64,000 nt of DNA from Anthoceros angustus (lineage: Eukaryota; Plantae; Anthocerotophyta). The notes beneath the pieces were generated by a model. That model was not told the DNA's origin and did no database searches. It was given only the letters and a program-made list of their open reading frames with translations. The translations under genes were made by a program, and so were the position numbers. The stretch lies in the NCBI GenBank assembly GCA_010909165.1, contig VJWM01000193.1, forward strand, positions 62,001-126,000. Direction: 5' to 3'. Below are positions 36,139-52,163 of this stretch, one piece after another; position 1 is the stretch's first letter; each line of letters starts with the position of its first letter.

Positions 36139-36536
36139 GATCACTTTCATTCACGTTGTCCGAATTTGTTTCTCGCTCGGTATTCGATTCTGGCTACGGC
36201 ATTAATTAATGCCAAAGTGTTAGCGCGCTGGTGGTTGCTACAATCATGGCAATGGCAGCCATACCACCGCGTTACGCTGGGTAGCTCGCAAAACCGCGTG
36301 CTTGATGATTTGTGCGACCTGTGGCTCCGGGAGACTCCGAGAAAATGCTCGCTCACGAGAGAAACAATGTGATTGTTGTATGTGCAACGATCACGGCAAG
36401 TATGCAGATCGATCATGTCACCCAGGTAGATGTTTTCTTCACGCACCCGGCTTCTTCTGCTCACAATTTAAAACTCCAGATCCTAAACCCTCCCTCCATG
36501 TGCCAAACCAGAACTTCCACCCACCCACCGTGACCC

Positions 36537-37142
36537 ATGGCCAGAATGGGTGTCCCAATGTTGTTGTGGGCCGGGCTGATGGCAGCTGCGCTCTTGGCCA
36601 TGCACGGCTCAGCATGCACAGAGACACGCGCGCGGCCACTCAGAGGATCAAGAGTGACTGTGACGAAAACCAGCCACAAATTCACGCTGTACTGGCAGTT
36701 GGTCAGCAAAGATGCTGGAGTGTTCACCCTACTCCCTCCCCTCAACGCGACGTCGGATGGGGACACTAACTTCGGCCATGTGCTAGCATTCGATGGCGGG
36801 CTCACAACGCTGCAGGATCACAAGTCGAAAAACGTTGGGCGCGGCAGAGGAGTAACTACTTTCGAGTCGCTGAACATCTCCGGCGAGACGTTGCGTTGGA
36901 ATGCCTACTTCCGCAGAGACATGCGCTTGGGAGGCCTGCGCGTCAAGAAGGGCAGCGCTCTCTATTACACAGGCTTTCATTACTCGGCAGCCTCCAACAA
37001 TCGGACAGGCTACGAAATAGCCATGGTCGGCGGCACCGGATCCTTCAGATTCTGCCATGGCTACAACAAGGAGCTCCTGGCGCATCCGCAACCCAAAGTC
37101 ACAGTGGCGCTACACACCCATATCATTTGTGACTCCTTCTAA
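36537..37142 (+). CDS. Dirigent-like secreted protein 3 (intronless, intact)
   Basis: Signal peptide MARMGVPMLLWAGLMAAALLA, FGHVLAFDGGLTTLQDHKSKNVGRGRG, GSALYYTG, EIAMVGGTGSFRFCHGY. It is a paralog of 23423 and 27052. Confidence 0.78.
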   Translation: MARMGVPMLLWAGLMAAALLAMHGSACTETRARPLRGSRVTVTKTSHKFTLYWQLVSKDAGVFTLLPPLNATSDGDTNFGHVLAFDGGLTTLQDHKSKNVGRGRGVTTFESLNISGETLRWNAYFRRDMRLGGLRVKKGSALYYTGFHYSAASNNRTGYEIAMVGGTGSFRFCHGYNKELLAHPQPKVTVALHTHIICDSF

Positions 37143-37294
37143 GTTCCACATCCATGCGATGTGGTTCTAGCATTGTACAGTGTGCAGCGATATAACGCTG
37201 CGGCTTCTATGGGCTCTGCTCTGCTCCATGGTGGAGGTCTTCCACTGGACATTAGCAATTAAATTATAGAAGATTATTATGCATTACTATGAAG

Positions 37295-37406
37295 AAAAAA
37301 AAAAGACTTTATTAGAAAAAAGAGATGGAAAAAACCCATCCACCCAAAAAAACAAAGGAAGAAAAACCCAAGGGCACCATGCCAAGGGACTAGCCCCACG
37401 AAGTGA
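37295..37406 (-). mobile_element. Severely 5'-truncated (112-bp) copy of the RLE-type non-LTR element, with a T10 tail and 12-bp TSD
   Basis: The TSD attactatgaag lies at 37283-37294 and 37407-37418. The reverse complement matches the 3' UTR at 45630-45735. Confidence 0.8.
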
Positions 37407-37671
37407 ATTACTATGAAGTAAAGTTTGTATACTTAAATAATAAGTGAATTCCATTTGTAGCAGGTTTTGTCCATGTTTGTGTATCATGTATGTGGATGAA
37501 AGCCTGTGCCTGTGTCAATGATGCAGATTGCAGATTTTTGATGCAGAGTTCTTTCAGGTCCGAATGCCAGTGAATCTGGGAGTGCCGTGATGCTGGCCTC
37601 ATCAAGCCATGCCTTAGTTTTTGGAGGTCCTTCTAACAATGTACAGAGGCTGAAACACGCGAGGATGTCGC

Positions 37672-41946
<4,275 letters not shown>

Positions 41947-42581
41947 GGCGCTTGCAAAGACCAGCCTCCCACGCTATCAAACCTCACCCACCCTGTGCAA
42001 TGAGAGCCCACATCCCCAAGTTCTGGCCTCCAGCATCACACCTGCTGGCAGCTGTCTGGCACCGGACCAGAGCAGCTCGCACCTTTTCCCCCTGCAATCA
42101 AGAGAAACAAAGCTGCTCTCAAAAATCCCAGCATTGCACGCCCTGCTGCTGCCACACAAAGGGACTTTTGCTTGCATTACCGGATGAATGGCCACACAGC
42201 CAGCTGATACTATTAGGTGCCGCACTCGAGAAGGCCTTGGCTGGGAAGGCCAAGCTTTCGGACCTTGTTCTTGCCCAATTTCGGGACTGCCTCGGTCCAG
42301 AGTTCTCGCTCTCGGTTTTGGGCGGGAAAAACCAACAGTCTGCTTGCAGGCTCTTCGAACCGCGTGCTATGCGGCCAGAGTTCGATTCCAGTGGCCCGCA
42401 CTCATGTTCCCCTACCTATGTACAGAGTCGACACGGGTGCACAAGCATTCGATAGACAGTTTATACATCAATATAGGTACACATAGTATACTTAGGTATC
42501 GTTAACAATACGAATTGAGTCTACACATATTACATAAAGTTATGCGCGGAGTTGACACCAGAAAAAGATGCACAGACTCGG

Positions 42582-42706
42582 GATGTAGGCATTTACCTAC
42601 TCCGCGTGACTCCTCAAGGTCCCGGATGTATGCCTTTACCTACTCCGCAGGACTCCTCAAGGTCCCCGATGTAGGCATTTACCTACTCCGCAGGACTCTC
42701 CAAGGC
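42582..42706. repeat. 43-bp tandem repeat x3
   Basis: gatgta(g/t)gc(a/c)tttacctactccgc(g/a)(t/g)gactcctcaaggtccc starts at 42582, 42625 and 42668. Confidence 0.9.
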
Positions 42707-42853
42707 CTAGAGCTAATTACATTGAAAAATATACATTTGCGGGATGAGTGTCTAGGAACTCAACTTGCAATTCTGTACAGCGAGGTGCAGGTAGATGTTC
42801 AGTGCAAATTAGGCGCTGTGGAATCAATTCGGCAATCTGGTGTGACTAGCCTG

Positions 42854-44255
42854 CTATGAGTTCTTGTCATCCTGGAACTTGTTGCGTTTCAAGGTGTACA
42901 ACTCTCTCCTTTCCTCCGCTTCAATCCTTTTGATCAGCTCTTTCCTGTACGGTATGAGAAACCTACGAAGGCCTGCCACAGTCACACCACGAGTTATCGG
43001 TCTTTCCGTTCAAAGGATGATAGAAAAGTCTGTCTTCATCTGGAAGGGAAGAGCGAAAACGCATAAGAAGTTTAAGACAGACGGAAGGAAGAAATAAGGA
43101 GGGATGGATCAACTCACCGACGATACATAGCACACGGTAAGTACCAGCGATGCTTAGTTTGTCGAAGACGGAAACATCAGACGAGCCTCTGACCCAGCGG
43201 TCACGCTCCGGCATGGTCTCCAGGCAGCGCAGCAGCTGCAGGTCGGCTTTGAGGAGGTCTCTCTGATCATGAGAGTCGTAGCCCATGTCATGACAGTAGC
43301 AGCAGTAGTCTAAGTGGTCGAGCGGAGGTTTGTCCCAGGTAAGAGACCCTTGCCCGCGGCCGCTGGACCAGTTAGGTCCGCAGTAGTTGCCATACTTGGG
43401 GAAGAACCAGCAGAAGAACGCACGCGGACCTTCGTGCCAGGGAACCTTGGAGGAGTAAGGAACGAACTGCGGCAGACCGCAACCAGGCTGCTCCTGCCTC
43501 GTGTCCTGCTCTTCCGCAGCTCGAACCAGGGCCTTCAAATCGGACTCTTTCGAAGCTCGTTCCAGGGGCTTCGAATCCGACTCCGCAGAGCCATCTCCCT
43601 CCTCCTTCTCCTCCTCCGATCCACTACGCCATCCCGAGGCAACCCTAACTAAATACTGTATCCCTGAAGCAGTAGTCCGAGCAGGCGACACAGTAGCACG
43701 CGACGCAGCAGCTTTGGACACACCTCCAGGCTTCAATCCGTCCAGCTGACGAGCTTGAGGCAATGCTACAGCCAGCGGCTTCGAATAGCTTCCCGCCTGT
43801 TGCGCCACGCCGCTCTCCAGCCTCTGCATGCCTGGCAGCGCAATCGAGGTAGGCAAAAGAGTACCTACCATGGTGGCAAACCTGGACACCGACTCTTGCC
43901 CCGCTCCCGGCATCCTGGCCCCCTGAGCAAGCCGCCAGAAGCTCTCCGCCACAGCTGCGGACGTCTCTCCTGCAAATCTCGACACGCTTTCCGCCGGCCC
44001 GCCAATGCCAGACTGCGCCACCGCCGAGCTAACCTGCCGCGCAACATTCCCCGGCACCGTGGCCAGCCGGCTCCATCTCTCACCGTCCGCAGCGTCCCTC
44101 ACCGCTCCCACTGCAGCTCCGGACAACCTGCACACATTCTGCGGAACCGCAGCCACAGCAGACCAGGACTCCTCCGGGACTCGCATCACCATCCTGGTGA
44201 CACGAGCCGGCCACGGATCTGCCTCCTCCTGCATCAGCTCACTTCCAGGCACCAA
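42854..44255 (-). CDS. Plant phospholipase A2-like family protein with a long low-complexity N-terminal region; true start probably further upstream
   Basis: YGNYCGPNWSSG Ca-loop-like motif, DHLDYCCYCHDMGYD (His-Asp dyad), LLKADLQLLRCLE. The last exon, GLRRFLIPYRKEL...DDKNS*, is at 42854-42970. Confidence 0.85.
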
Positions 44256-45271
44256 ATCCGGCTCCCAGTCTCGATTCCGAGGCTGATCAAAGCCTCAATC
44301 TGCCTGCAAAGGCACGCCGTTTGCAGTCTGCAGCTGATCTGAGGGATTTGAGCTCTCATCAGCACTTCCGGCCGCCAACATTTCCCCCATTGCTTGCTGG
44401 CAAGATCTCTGAATGGCAGCTGTTGCAGCAGCCGCTCCCAGCTGAAAGCGTGCGGGCGAGGCAGGCAGGGCCCCTGCTGCCTGGCCCGCCCTGCGCCAAG
44501 TGGAAGGGAAGCGTCTGGGCCGTCAGCTGCTAGCCCGAAGATCCCGGATTGTTCCGGGCCGTGGCAAATGAGCGCCGACCAAGCCGGCATCCTTTGCCTT
44601 TTCCCCGCCAGCTTGAACGGTTCTGGGAATACACCTCAAGTATCGGGAATTCTTGTACTACCTTATTCGCATTTCCTTCAGCATATCTCCACACCTTATT
44701 TATTCCTTTCAGAATGGGTACACCTAGTTTCATATGTATAGATACATATAGTGTACCTAGTCAGGTTTTTTTCGAGGTTTTTTTCGTTTTTTTAGATTCT
44801 ATTATTTTATAATCTTATGAAGATTCTGCATAATAAGATCAAGTCTAGATTCTATTATTTTATGATTTTACCTCCACGCATATAGGTTCACATAAGTTCA
44901 TAGCAAGTATAAAACACCTATGTTTTAAAAAATCATAAGTTTTATTCTTTTCTAAAATTATATTATGAAGATCTCTTTTCATATATTATTTTTAGATTTT
45001 ATACTCACTTATAGGCACAATGTTGCTTGCCGAGATCTCACAGCAATAGGTTGCATTCTAACAGATAGAAATGCAGAATACGCAAAATTAACTAAGTCAT
45101 ATTTGCCTAAACTAAATGACGATATGGCTTACACGTTTGTTACTGAAAACAAGGTTTGGTTAACAAGAATTTTTTTCTGTCATGTGGATATTAGTGTGAT
45201 TGCATGGATTACATATTTGTTGCTGAAAACAAGGTTTGGTTAACAAGAATTTTTTTTTGTCATGTGGATAT

Positions 45272-45745
45272 AAGTGGGATTCGCGACGGCTAAGGTCCAC
45301 AAGTACTCTCCTATGCAAGACGGCCAGGCCTTCGTCCCCCTTGCCATTGAGAGTCACGAAGCCATGGGCAACAATTTCTCTAGGTTTGTCAAGGCCTGCG
45401 CCAAGGCTTATCATAGCCATAGAAGTGGGGTTGGCCTCCCCTTTTCTTGTATTGTTGCTTTCTTCCGGCAAAGGGTTTCCATCGCTTTGCAAAGGGTGTT
45501 GGCTAACAGAGTGTATAGAACGACAGCGAGCGCGGGAGATGCAGCTTCTTCGACACCAGTGGTAAGTAGGCCTTTTCACATCCTTAACCACGAAGTTCTT
45601 CGGACGGTTGGTAGTTTTGAAATGCGTGATCGTGGGGGCTAGTCCCCTCGGCATGGTGCCTTTCGTTGGGTTTTTCCCCCTTGGTTTTTGGGGTGGATGG
45701 GTTTTTCCCATCTCTTTTTTATAATAAAGTCTTCTTTTCCTCTCA
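45272..45745 (+). mobile_element. 5'-truncated RLE-type (CRE/R2-like) non-LTR retrotransposon: ORF C-terminus plus 3' UTR
   Basis: 45274-45642 reads AKVHKY...FVPLAIESHEAMG...FFRQRVSIALQRVLA, matching the KxxKY / FxPxxxExxG / QRxSxxxQR pattern of restriction-like-endonuclease retroelements. It is inserted into the second unit of an about 80-bp tandem repeat (ggatat|...|attagtgtgattgca). Confidence 0.75.
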
Positions 45746-46241
45746 ATATTAGTGTGATTGCATTAAAAATTTATTAGATAGGGATGGTTGTCACCGATGT
45801 CTAAAGGCATGTTACTAAGATAGGCTTGAAAATGTTTTTAGTTTTCACTTACTATAACAATGAGAAGAGATAGGTGTCAAATGAGTTATGCTATTGGATA
45901 AGCATTTAGATGTAAGTATTGCTTTTCAATACACTTGTTTGGATTCAATATTTTCTTATGAGGATAATAATTATGTTCTTTAATTTTTTTTTGGATATTA
46001 AATACATACTTCACAACATCAAAATTTTCCCTCAATAAAATTTCCTTTCTTAATAACATTGTCAAAGATATGTTGAAGGACTTATTGAATTTGAAAAATG
46101 ATTACTTTACATCTATGTAACCTGGAGACTTTATAAAAAAGCATAGATAGAAAATCCCATCCCATACAACTTTCCACATGGAAAGCCATCATTTGATAAT
46201 AAAATTACTAGAATGTTTCCATAGACCAATCCTTTTGAATT

Positions 46242-48735
46242 TTATGCCAGAGTGATAGCTCGAGTTCTAGTTCTTCTTCCAATGGGAATGAAACATGCAG
46301 CTCCAATATCTATAATAATATACAACGGTGTGCCAATACATAGTACGACAACTTGTGCAAGAATTTGTTTGGAAAACCCTCCTCTGCGAGATAATGGATA
46401 TACTATTCCTAGCCAATAAGTTATTGCAGCTCCTCCATTTCCTAATAAGTTGAATAAAGCCCAAATTCCGGGTTCTTTACCATTAGGAAAGAGTCTTCCA
46501 ATGATAGCAAACATATGGCTGGTTAATACTCCATCAGCAATCCCAAAGAGGAAGCCTCCAACATAAGCAATAAAAGGGGTATCCAATATTTTTGGTCCGG
46601 GAAATGGAATTCCTTGCTCAATTGCTTTCTCTAGGGGAATGCATATTAGTAAACCTCCAACACTGCTAGCAGCACCTATACAAAAAGTAGGACTACTGCA
46701 TTGAAAGTGATCAGATAACCAACTCAAGAGAAATGAACCTAAAACCTGCACAATAACAATATAATAAATATTAGATGAGAGTAGAGATCAGAGATAACTC
46801 AAAATATAGAGAAGAGGAAGAGAAAGAGACTTACCTGCCCAACACCTGTGCAAAGAAGAACGAGACCGATAGTAGTAGTTGGTAAGAGCTTTGTAAATTC
46901 TCCCGTCCAAAATGCAGACTCAAATCCCACATATATTGTCATGGGAGTAAGAAATACAAAAATAATTATGGAAAGCCATCTTTCATAAGTTCTCTGTGCC
47001 TGAAATCGAGTGAGCCGAGTCTGAAACTGATGTCTATCAAATTTGATATATTTATATCCTTTTATAACTTGGCTGAAAATAAATTCAAAGAAATCTACCT
47101 CCATGAGAACTTGTGTTGTTACATGAGCTATAGACCTCGGAGCAGACCTTATAACATTACGGCGATCAGAACCTTGAAGACTTTGATACAAAGGATTTTG
47201 TGATCTGTAGAGCATCATTTGATGTTGCTCGTCCATCAGAAATAACAAGAGGACACCTACAAAGGCAGAAGTTGCCCCAATTCCAAACAACGCTATCTGC
47301 GAGGAAAACCTGTAAAAGGAGTTGAGTAAAATTGCCATCTAGTCTAGATAGTCTGCTCACGAGCGGACAGAAAACTGACGGCATCTGCGAATGAAACCAC
47401 AGCCCATAACTTTCACAACTGTTACCTGAACACCAGGTATGCCACCAGGTTGCCGACGATGTCAGCAAAGTAGTAAATGCCCCAGAACACCCCTGCAAAG
47501 AGGCCCCTTCTGCTTGGAGGAGAGCATTTGGTGAGAAATGCTCCTTGAGCCACCCACACCAGGCTTGCTCCGAAGCCGCAGAAACCACTGGACACCAACA
47601 CGAAAATCCTTGATGGGTACATGAGAACAAGCAGGTAAACCACATGCGTGAGTCCACCCAGCACCATAGCCCGCAGCTCCCCCACATTGGTCACGATCCG
47701 CGGAGCAGCCAGGGAGGAGGCACACAGCACAGTCTGGATCATGAACAGGGACTCGTCTCCCAGTGTGCTTGGCAGCAGCGAGGTGACGTACTCGGACAGA
47801 GAGTTCATGGCAGAGTAGATGAAGAAGAAGGCTATGGCCAGCTTGATGACAGTCTTGAGAGGCACGTCCAGGTGTAGCCCATCTTCTTGCTCCTCCGCAT
47901 CGTCGTCTGCGTCGTACCCATCTCCCCTCTCCGGATCTCCTCCGTAGGTGTCGTAGCTGGGTTCTGGATGTGGTTCATGTGGATGACCAATGTGGGTATT
48001 GGATCTGGAGGAGTAGGGTTCTGCAAATGCCACAGTCTTGCCTCTTGGGGTAGGAGGACCAGCTGCTTGGGCAATGTGCCTGGACACTGTGGATGCATTG
48101 TCGGCTCCTCCATTCTGCAGCGACAGCAGGCTGGTTATGTTTCTGCATGTGTCCGGGTCCAGTACGGCCTTGCCCTTGCCCTTGCCCTTGTACAGATGGT
48201 CGTGGAGGGAAGCGGGAACGACATCGGTGCCGTCGTTCTTGGGGCTGCATGGCCTGGCAGAAGGGATGGTAGGCCTAGGAAGCTCGTTGGTGTGAGTGCA
48301 GGAGAAGCTAGGGCAGCATATCTTGCAGTAGGAATTTTTAGCAGGGCAGTCAGGATCCTGACATGGAACATGCTGTCTGGGCACGTAGGCCTCTTCTGTA
48401 ATCTCGTGTATGGTGCGACAGACTGCCTTTCCCCGAGGTTTTGGAGGCGGTGCATTGCCATGGTAGTGAGGACAAGTCCTTTTGCAAGAGGATGAAGCTC
48501 GCTCCTCTGCAACTGGCGAAGGCACAGGAGGAGGAGAAGGAGTAAGAACAGGCACAGGCACGGGGCCTGGGTCAGGTGCTGCTGCCTTCTTGGCCCTGCT
48601 GTTATGCACGTGTCTCGCCTCCTTGCCCTTGTTCCTCTTTCCTGTTGTGTCCAGTCCGGCTGCTGAAACACCACCTTGGTTGAGCTCCTGGCCCTGGTTG
48701 AGCCATTGTCGAAGGTCAGACAGCGGCCCAAACAT
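46242..48735 (-). CDS. UNC-93-like MFS membrane protein with an N-terminal extension of about 290 aa (at least 3 exons)
   Basis: LAIAFFFIYSAMNSL, AAPRIVTNVGELRAMVLGGL, GFCGFGASLVWVAQGAFLTKCS, GLFAGVFWGIY, TIYVGFESAFWTGEFTK, FLFGIADGVLTSHMFAIIG. There are many TM segments. Confidence 0.85.
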
Positions 48736-48997
48736 TGGGCATGCAGGGCACCACCTTCACCTACTACCTCCTCCTACAGACAATCAAATCCATTTCCACG
48801 TCTTCTTCTCCTTCTCCTCCGACTGTCCTCAAGACCTCGCAGCATCCAAGCTCCACCACATCATGGGACACAGAGGTAGCATCTACATGGAAGCAGGGTT
48901 CCACAACCTCACACCAAGATGGTGATGAGGGCATGTTGAAGACCGGACGACCCCGGCGGTTATGGCTCCATTCGGTTAAAGATTCTGGAGGACGTTG

Positions 48998-51692
48998 ATG
49001 AGGCCCTCCGTTTCTGGCCCAACGGAACGGCTGTGGGTTGTGGGTTTTAGTAGGGTCTCGTCATTTGCAAAGTCTGCCGTGCAACTGTTCTGCAAATGGG
49101 GATGCACAGCTCGGGGAATGCGTGCCTGCAGCACAGATCAAACGCCACCCTGTCCGCGACGCTTCCAATCCGCTGGTCTCCACGGATCCCAGCGAGGTTG
49201 CTCACAATCCCAAGAGCCGCTCCCGCTTCCCAGCAAACCGCCATCAAGGTTCACCCTTCCTCCTGTAGCTGGCTATGGCTGTGTTGCCATGCAAATGGTG
49301 CTCACTTCTCGGTCTGCGCAGGTTGCCAGCACGCAGAGCCCGGAGCTTGCGTCTCTTGCATCGTGGCTGAAGGAGCGTGGAGAACATGAAGCGACCCTCG
49401 CACTGGAAGCCGGTGTCGCAGCGGAAGGCAGGTTTGGCATTTTGTTCAGATTCTGGGTTGGTCTGGTTTGTGCTTTCTGCAAGCGGTGTGAACTCATCCC
49501 GGTCTTCTCAATCCAAATCAGAGCTCTTTTCACCTCGAGGCCTGTGAAGATGGGCGAGGTTGTGCTCCGCGTGTCACGGGACTTGATCATTACTCCCAAG
49601 AGACTACCACAGAGCATCATAGAACTGTTGCCGAAAGGCATCAGTGAGCATGGAATGCTTGCCCTCTTCATCCTTATTCAGCAGCATGCTGGAGAGGTGA
49701 CTCTCTAGGAACTTTGCTTCTCTCACTGCGGCATCTGGCAGGAACTTTTGCACGTGTATTGACGAAATTGCATTTCTTTTGCAGGCTTCTCCTTGGGCTC
49801 CCTACATCCAGTGCTTGCCTACTAAGAACGAGGTGCAAAGCACGGTAAGCACCTCGTCGTGGTGGGTGGATTTGGACTTCTTTCGAGGTCTTCCTTCCTG
49901 GACTGACATGATGTTTGTGTGCATCAGATTTTCTGGACGGATGATGAGCTACAGCTTGTTCAGCTCAGTCCTGTGTACACAGAAACTGTGTATCGAAAGG
50001 CTCGAATAGCAGAGGAGTTTGCTTCTCTGACATCGGTGAGTGAGGTGGAGGAGTTGTGATCAACGCTCTCTTTTTCTGAATATCATCACCTCAAGTCTTT
50101 TGTGTCTTGGTCACATCAAATGCAGGTTGTTGAGGGATATCCAGATCTGTTTGGAAAAGATCTTGATGCAGAGTCGTACAGCTATGCGTACGCATTAGGT
50201 CGTGACATCCCAGATGCAGGGCAGGAACTGATGATTTTGTTGCTGGCAACCAATGCCCTTCTTAGAGGTGTTAATAAACTTGCTTTGTGTTGTTGCATAC
50301 AGCCCTGTCTCGATCGTGGGGAATGGAGGCACTAGGCAGCCTAGCCATGGTAAGCAGGGTCCCTGACTCGGATTCTGCTGTTCTGCCAAGTGTTGACTTG
50401 CATGGCCTGGTGATAAATGCGGACTGGGCTGGGCTGGGCTGTCGTAACAGATCCCTTTTGCAGACTTCTTCAACCACTCTGCTGACTGCCGGACCCCACT
50501 ACTGTATATGGAAGATCGGAAGTGCGCTGAGGTACTGAGTTTGATCCATCATTCTCTTTCATGGACGCAGAAGAGCAAAACGACTGGAAAGTGTCAAGCA
50601 TGAATGCCATGTCCACGTGCAGGTGATTGCAGAACAAGACTACCCCGCAGGTTCTCAGGTGCACTTCACTTTCTGGTCTAAGACTACAACATTCATCTCG
50701 GTCTTCTTCCAGCCAGCCATATTCTCACCAACGTGTTCTGTCTCCAGATGCACCTCACTTATGGCCGGATGCGAAATGCCGACCTTGCGTTAGGATTCGG
50801 CTTCACTCTCCCTCACAACTCCCATGATGAGGTAGGTTTGTCCTGCCACTTTCCGTGCCAGCCACCTTTCCGAAATCCACACGAAAGCACACTCACCGAC
50901 TGATATCGATGGTGAATGCCAGGTCGAGATTTGGATTCAGCTCTCACCCGATGACCCTCTCTGGGACCCAAAGCTGCAATTACTCCACCAGCACGGAATC
51001 ACGACCCATCTGCTCCAAAACGAAGCCGAAAGTGGCGGAAACTGGTTCAAGCTGAGGTCACACTCTTCCTCACTCTCCATCCCTGCTGCCACCAGTACAT
51101 GTCACCTCACCCCACGCCACCACATCATGCCATGCTGCAGGGAAATTCAATCTCCAGCAGGGATGGGCAAGGGCCTCCCTCTGGGCCTCCGCTCATTCGC
51201 CCGAGTCATGGCCTGCACAACCTTAGAAGGTGCTGCACCCCCTATCGCATCCCTTCTCCCTTTCCTCTAACCCTAACCCTCACCGACCTGCCGCACATGC
51301 CCAGAGCTGTCAGCCATGGCGGACGATGTGAAGCGGCGAAAGCGCAAGCTGGGACAGCTCCCTTTCAAGGACACCCGCGAGGGCCGTGCCATGGAGACCC
51401 TCTTCACTCTAGTGGACAGTCTGCTACAAGCATACACCCGGGCCATGGAGGTGGGTCCTCTTTCCCCCCGCACATGCGTCCCGACAAGGCGGCAACCGAC
51501 CGCCCAGCCTGTTGGCTGTGATGCCACAACCTGAACCCGCACCACTCTCTTGTGCAGCACGCCCAAGCGGCCGTAGCGGAGCACCCCCGGATCGCCCCCG
51601 AGCGAGGCGCCATGGCCCTGGCCATCCTGGCTGGAGAGTTCCGTGTCCTGTGGTCGGTGCGCGCGTGGCTCCGACCTCGAGCAGTAATGTGA
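48998..51692 (+). CDS. Rubisco-LSMT-type SET-domain protein lysine methyltransferase, probably organelle-targeted, multi-exon; start uncertain
   Basis: GR|ALFTSRPVKMGEVVLRV, SPWAPYIQCLP, FWTDDEL, ALSRSW, IPFADFFNHS, TYGRMRNADLALGFGF, LSPDDPLWDPKLQLL, GKGLPLGLRSFARV, ending ...AWLRPRAVM*. Confidence 0.85.
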
Positions 51693-52163
51693 CAAAACAA
51701 ATCTTGCATTAGTAACTGTGATTCTTAATCTGCCGTCGTACTGGCCGATACGATGTCGTGGCGGAGCGCCGATCCCGGGTTCGACCCGCGCGCTCGGGCG
51801 CCGAAAACCCGCACTTCGTAATCGAAGTCAAATAGAGCCTGTTTAAGTGGCAGCGCCTCGCTCGATGCTCGAACCTCGATGCGCCAGGTAGTGTAAGTGG
51901 GAAACGGGGAAAAGGGAATAATATGTGCGTGATTCTTGTCGTCAGTGGGGGGCCGGGGCCCATCCAGCTGCGCTCTCGCCTCAACAGCATTCGGTGCAGA
52001 TGTGACGGGAGCCTGGCGCACTCGGGCCGCTGCGGGGTCGGATCCGTGTCCGGTGTCCCTGTGGCGGGGTGGGTGGCGGGAAGCTGGGCCGGGCTGCATG
52101 GAGCGGGGAGCGTGCAAGAAGAGGAGGAGGAGGTGAGGTTTAGCAGCAGCGCAGCGGGAGGGC

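Noticed and set aside
51745-51830. gttcgaccc B-box-like motif suggesting a tRNA or SINE, and the protein-like tail of ORF 51725-52651
   Set aside because: No cloverleaf or A box could be built. The long minus-strand ORF is mostly the antisense shadow of the GC-rich NPP gene.
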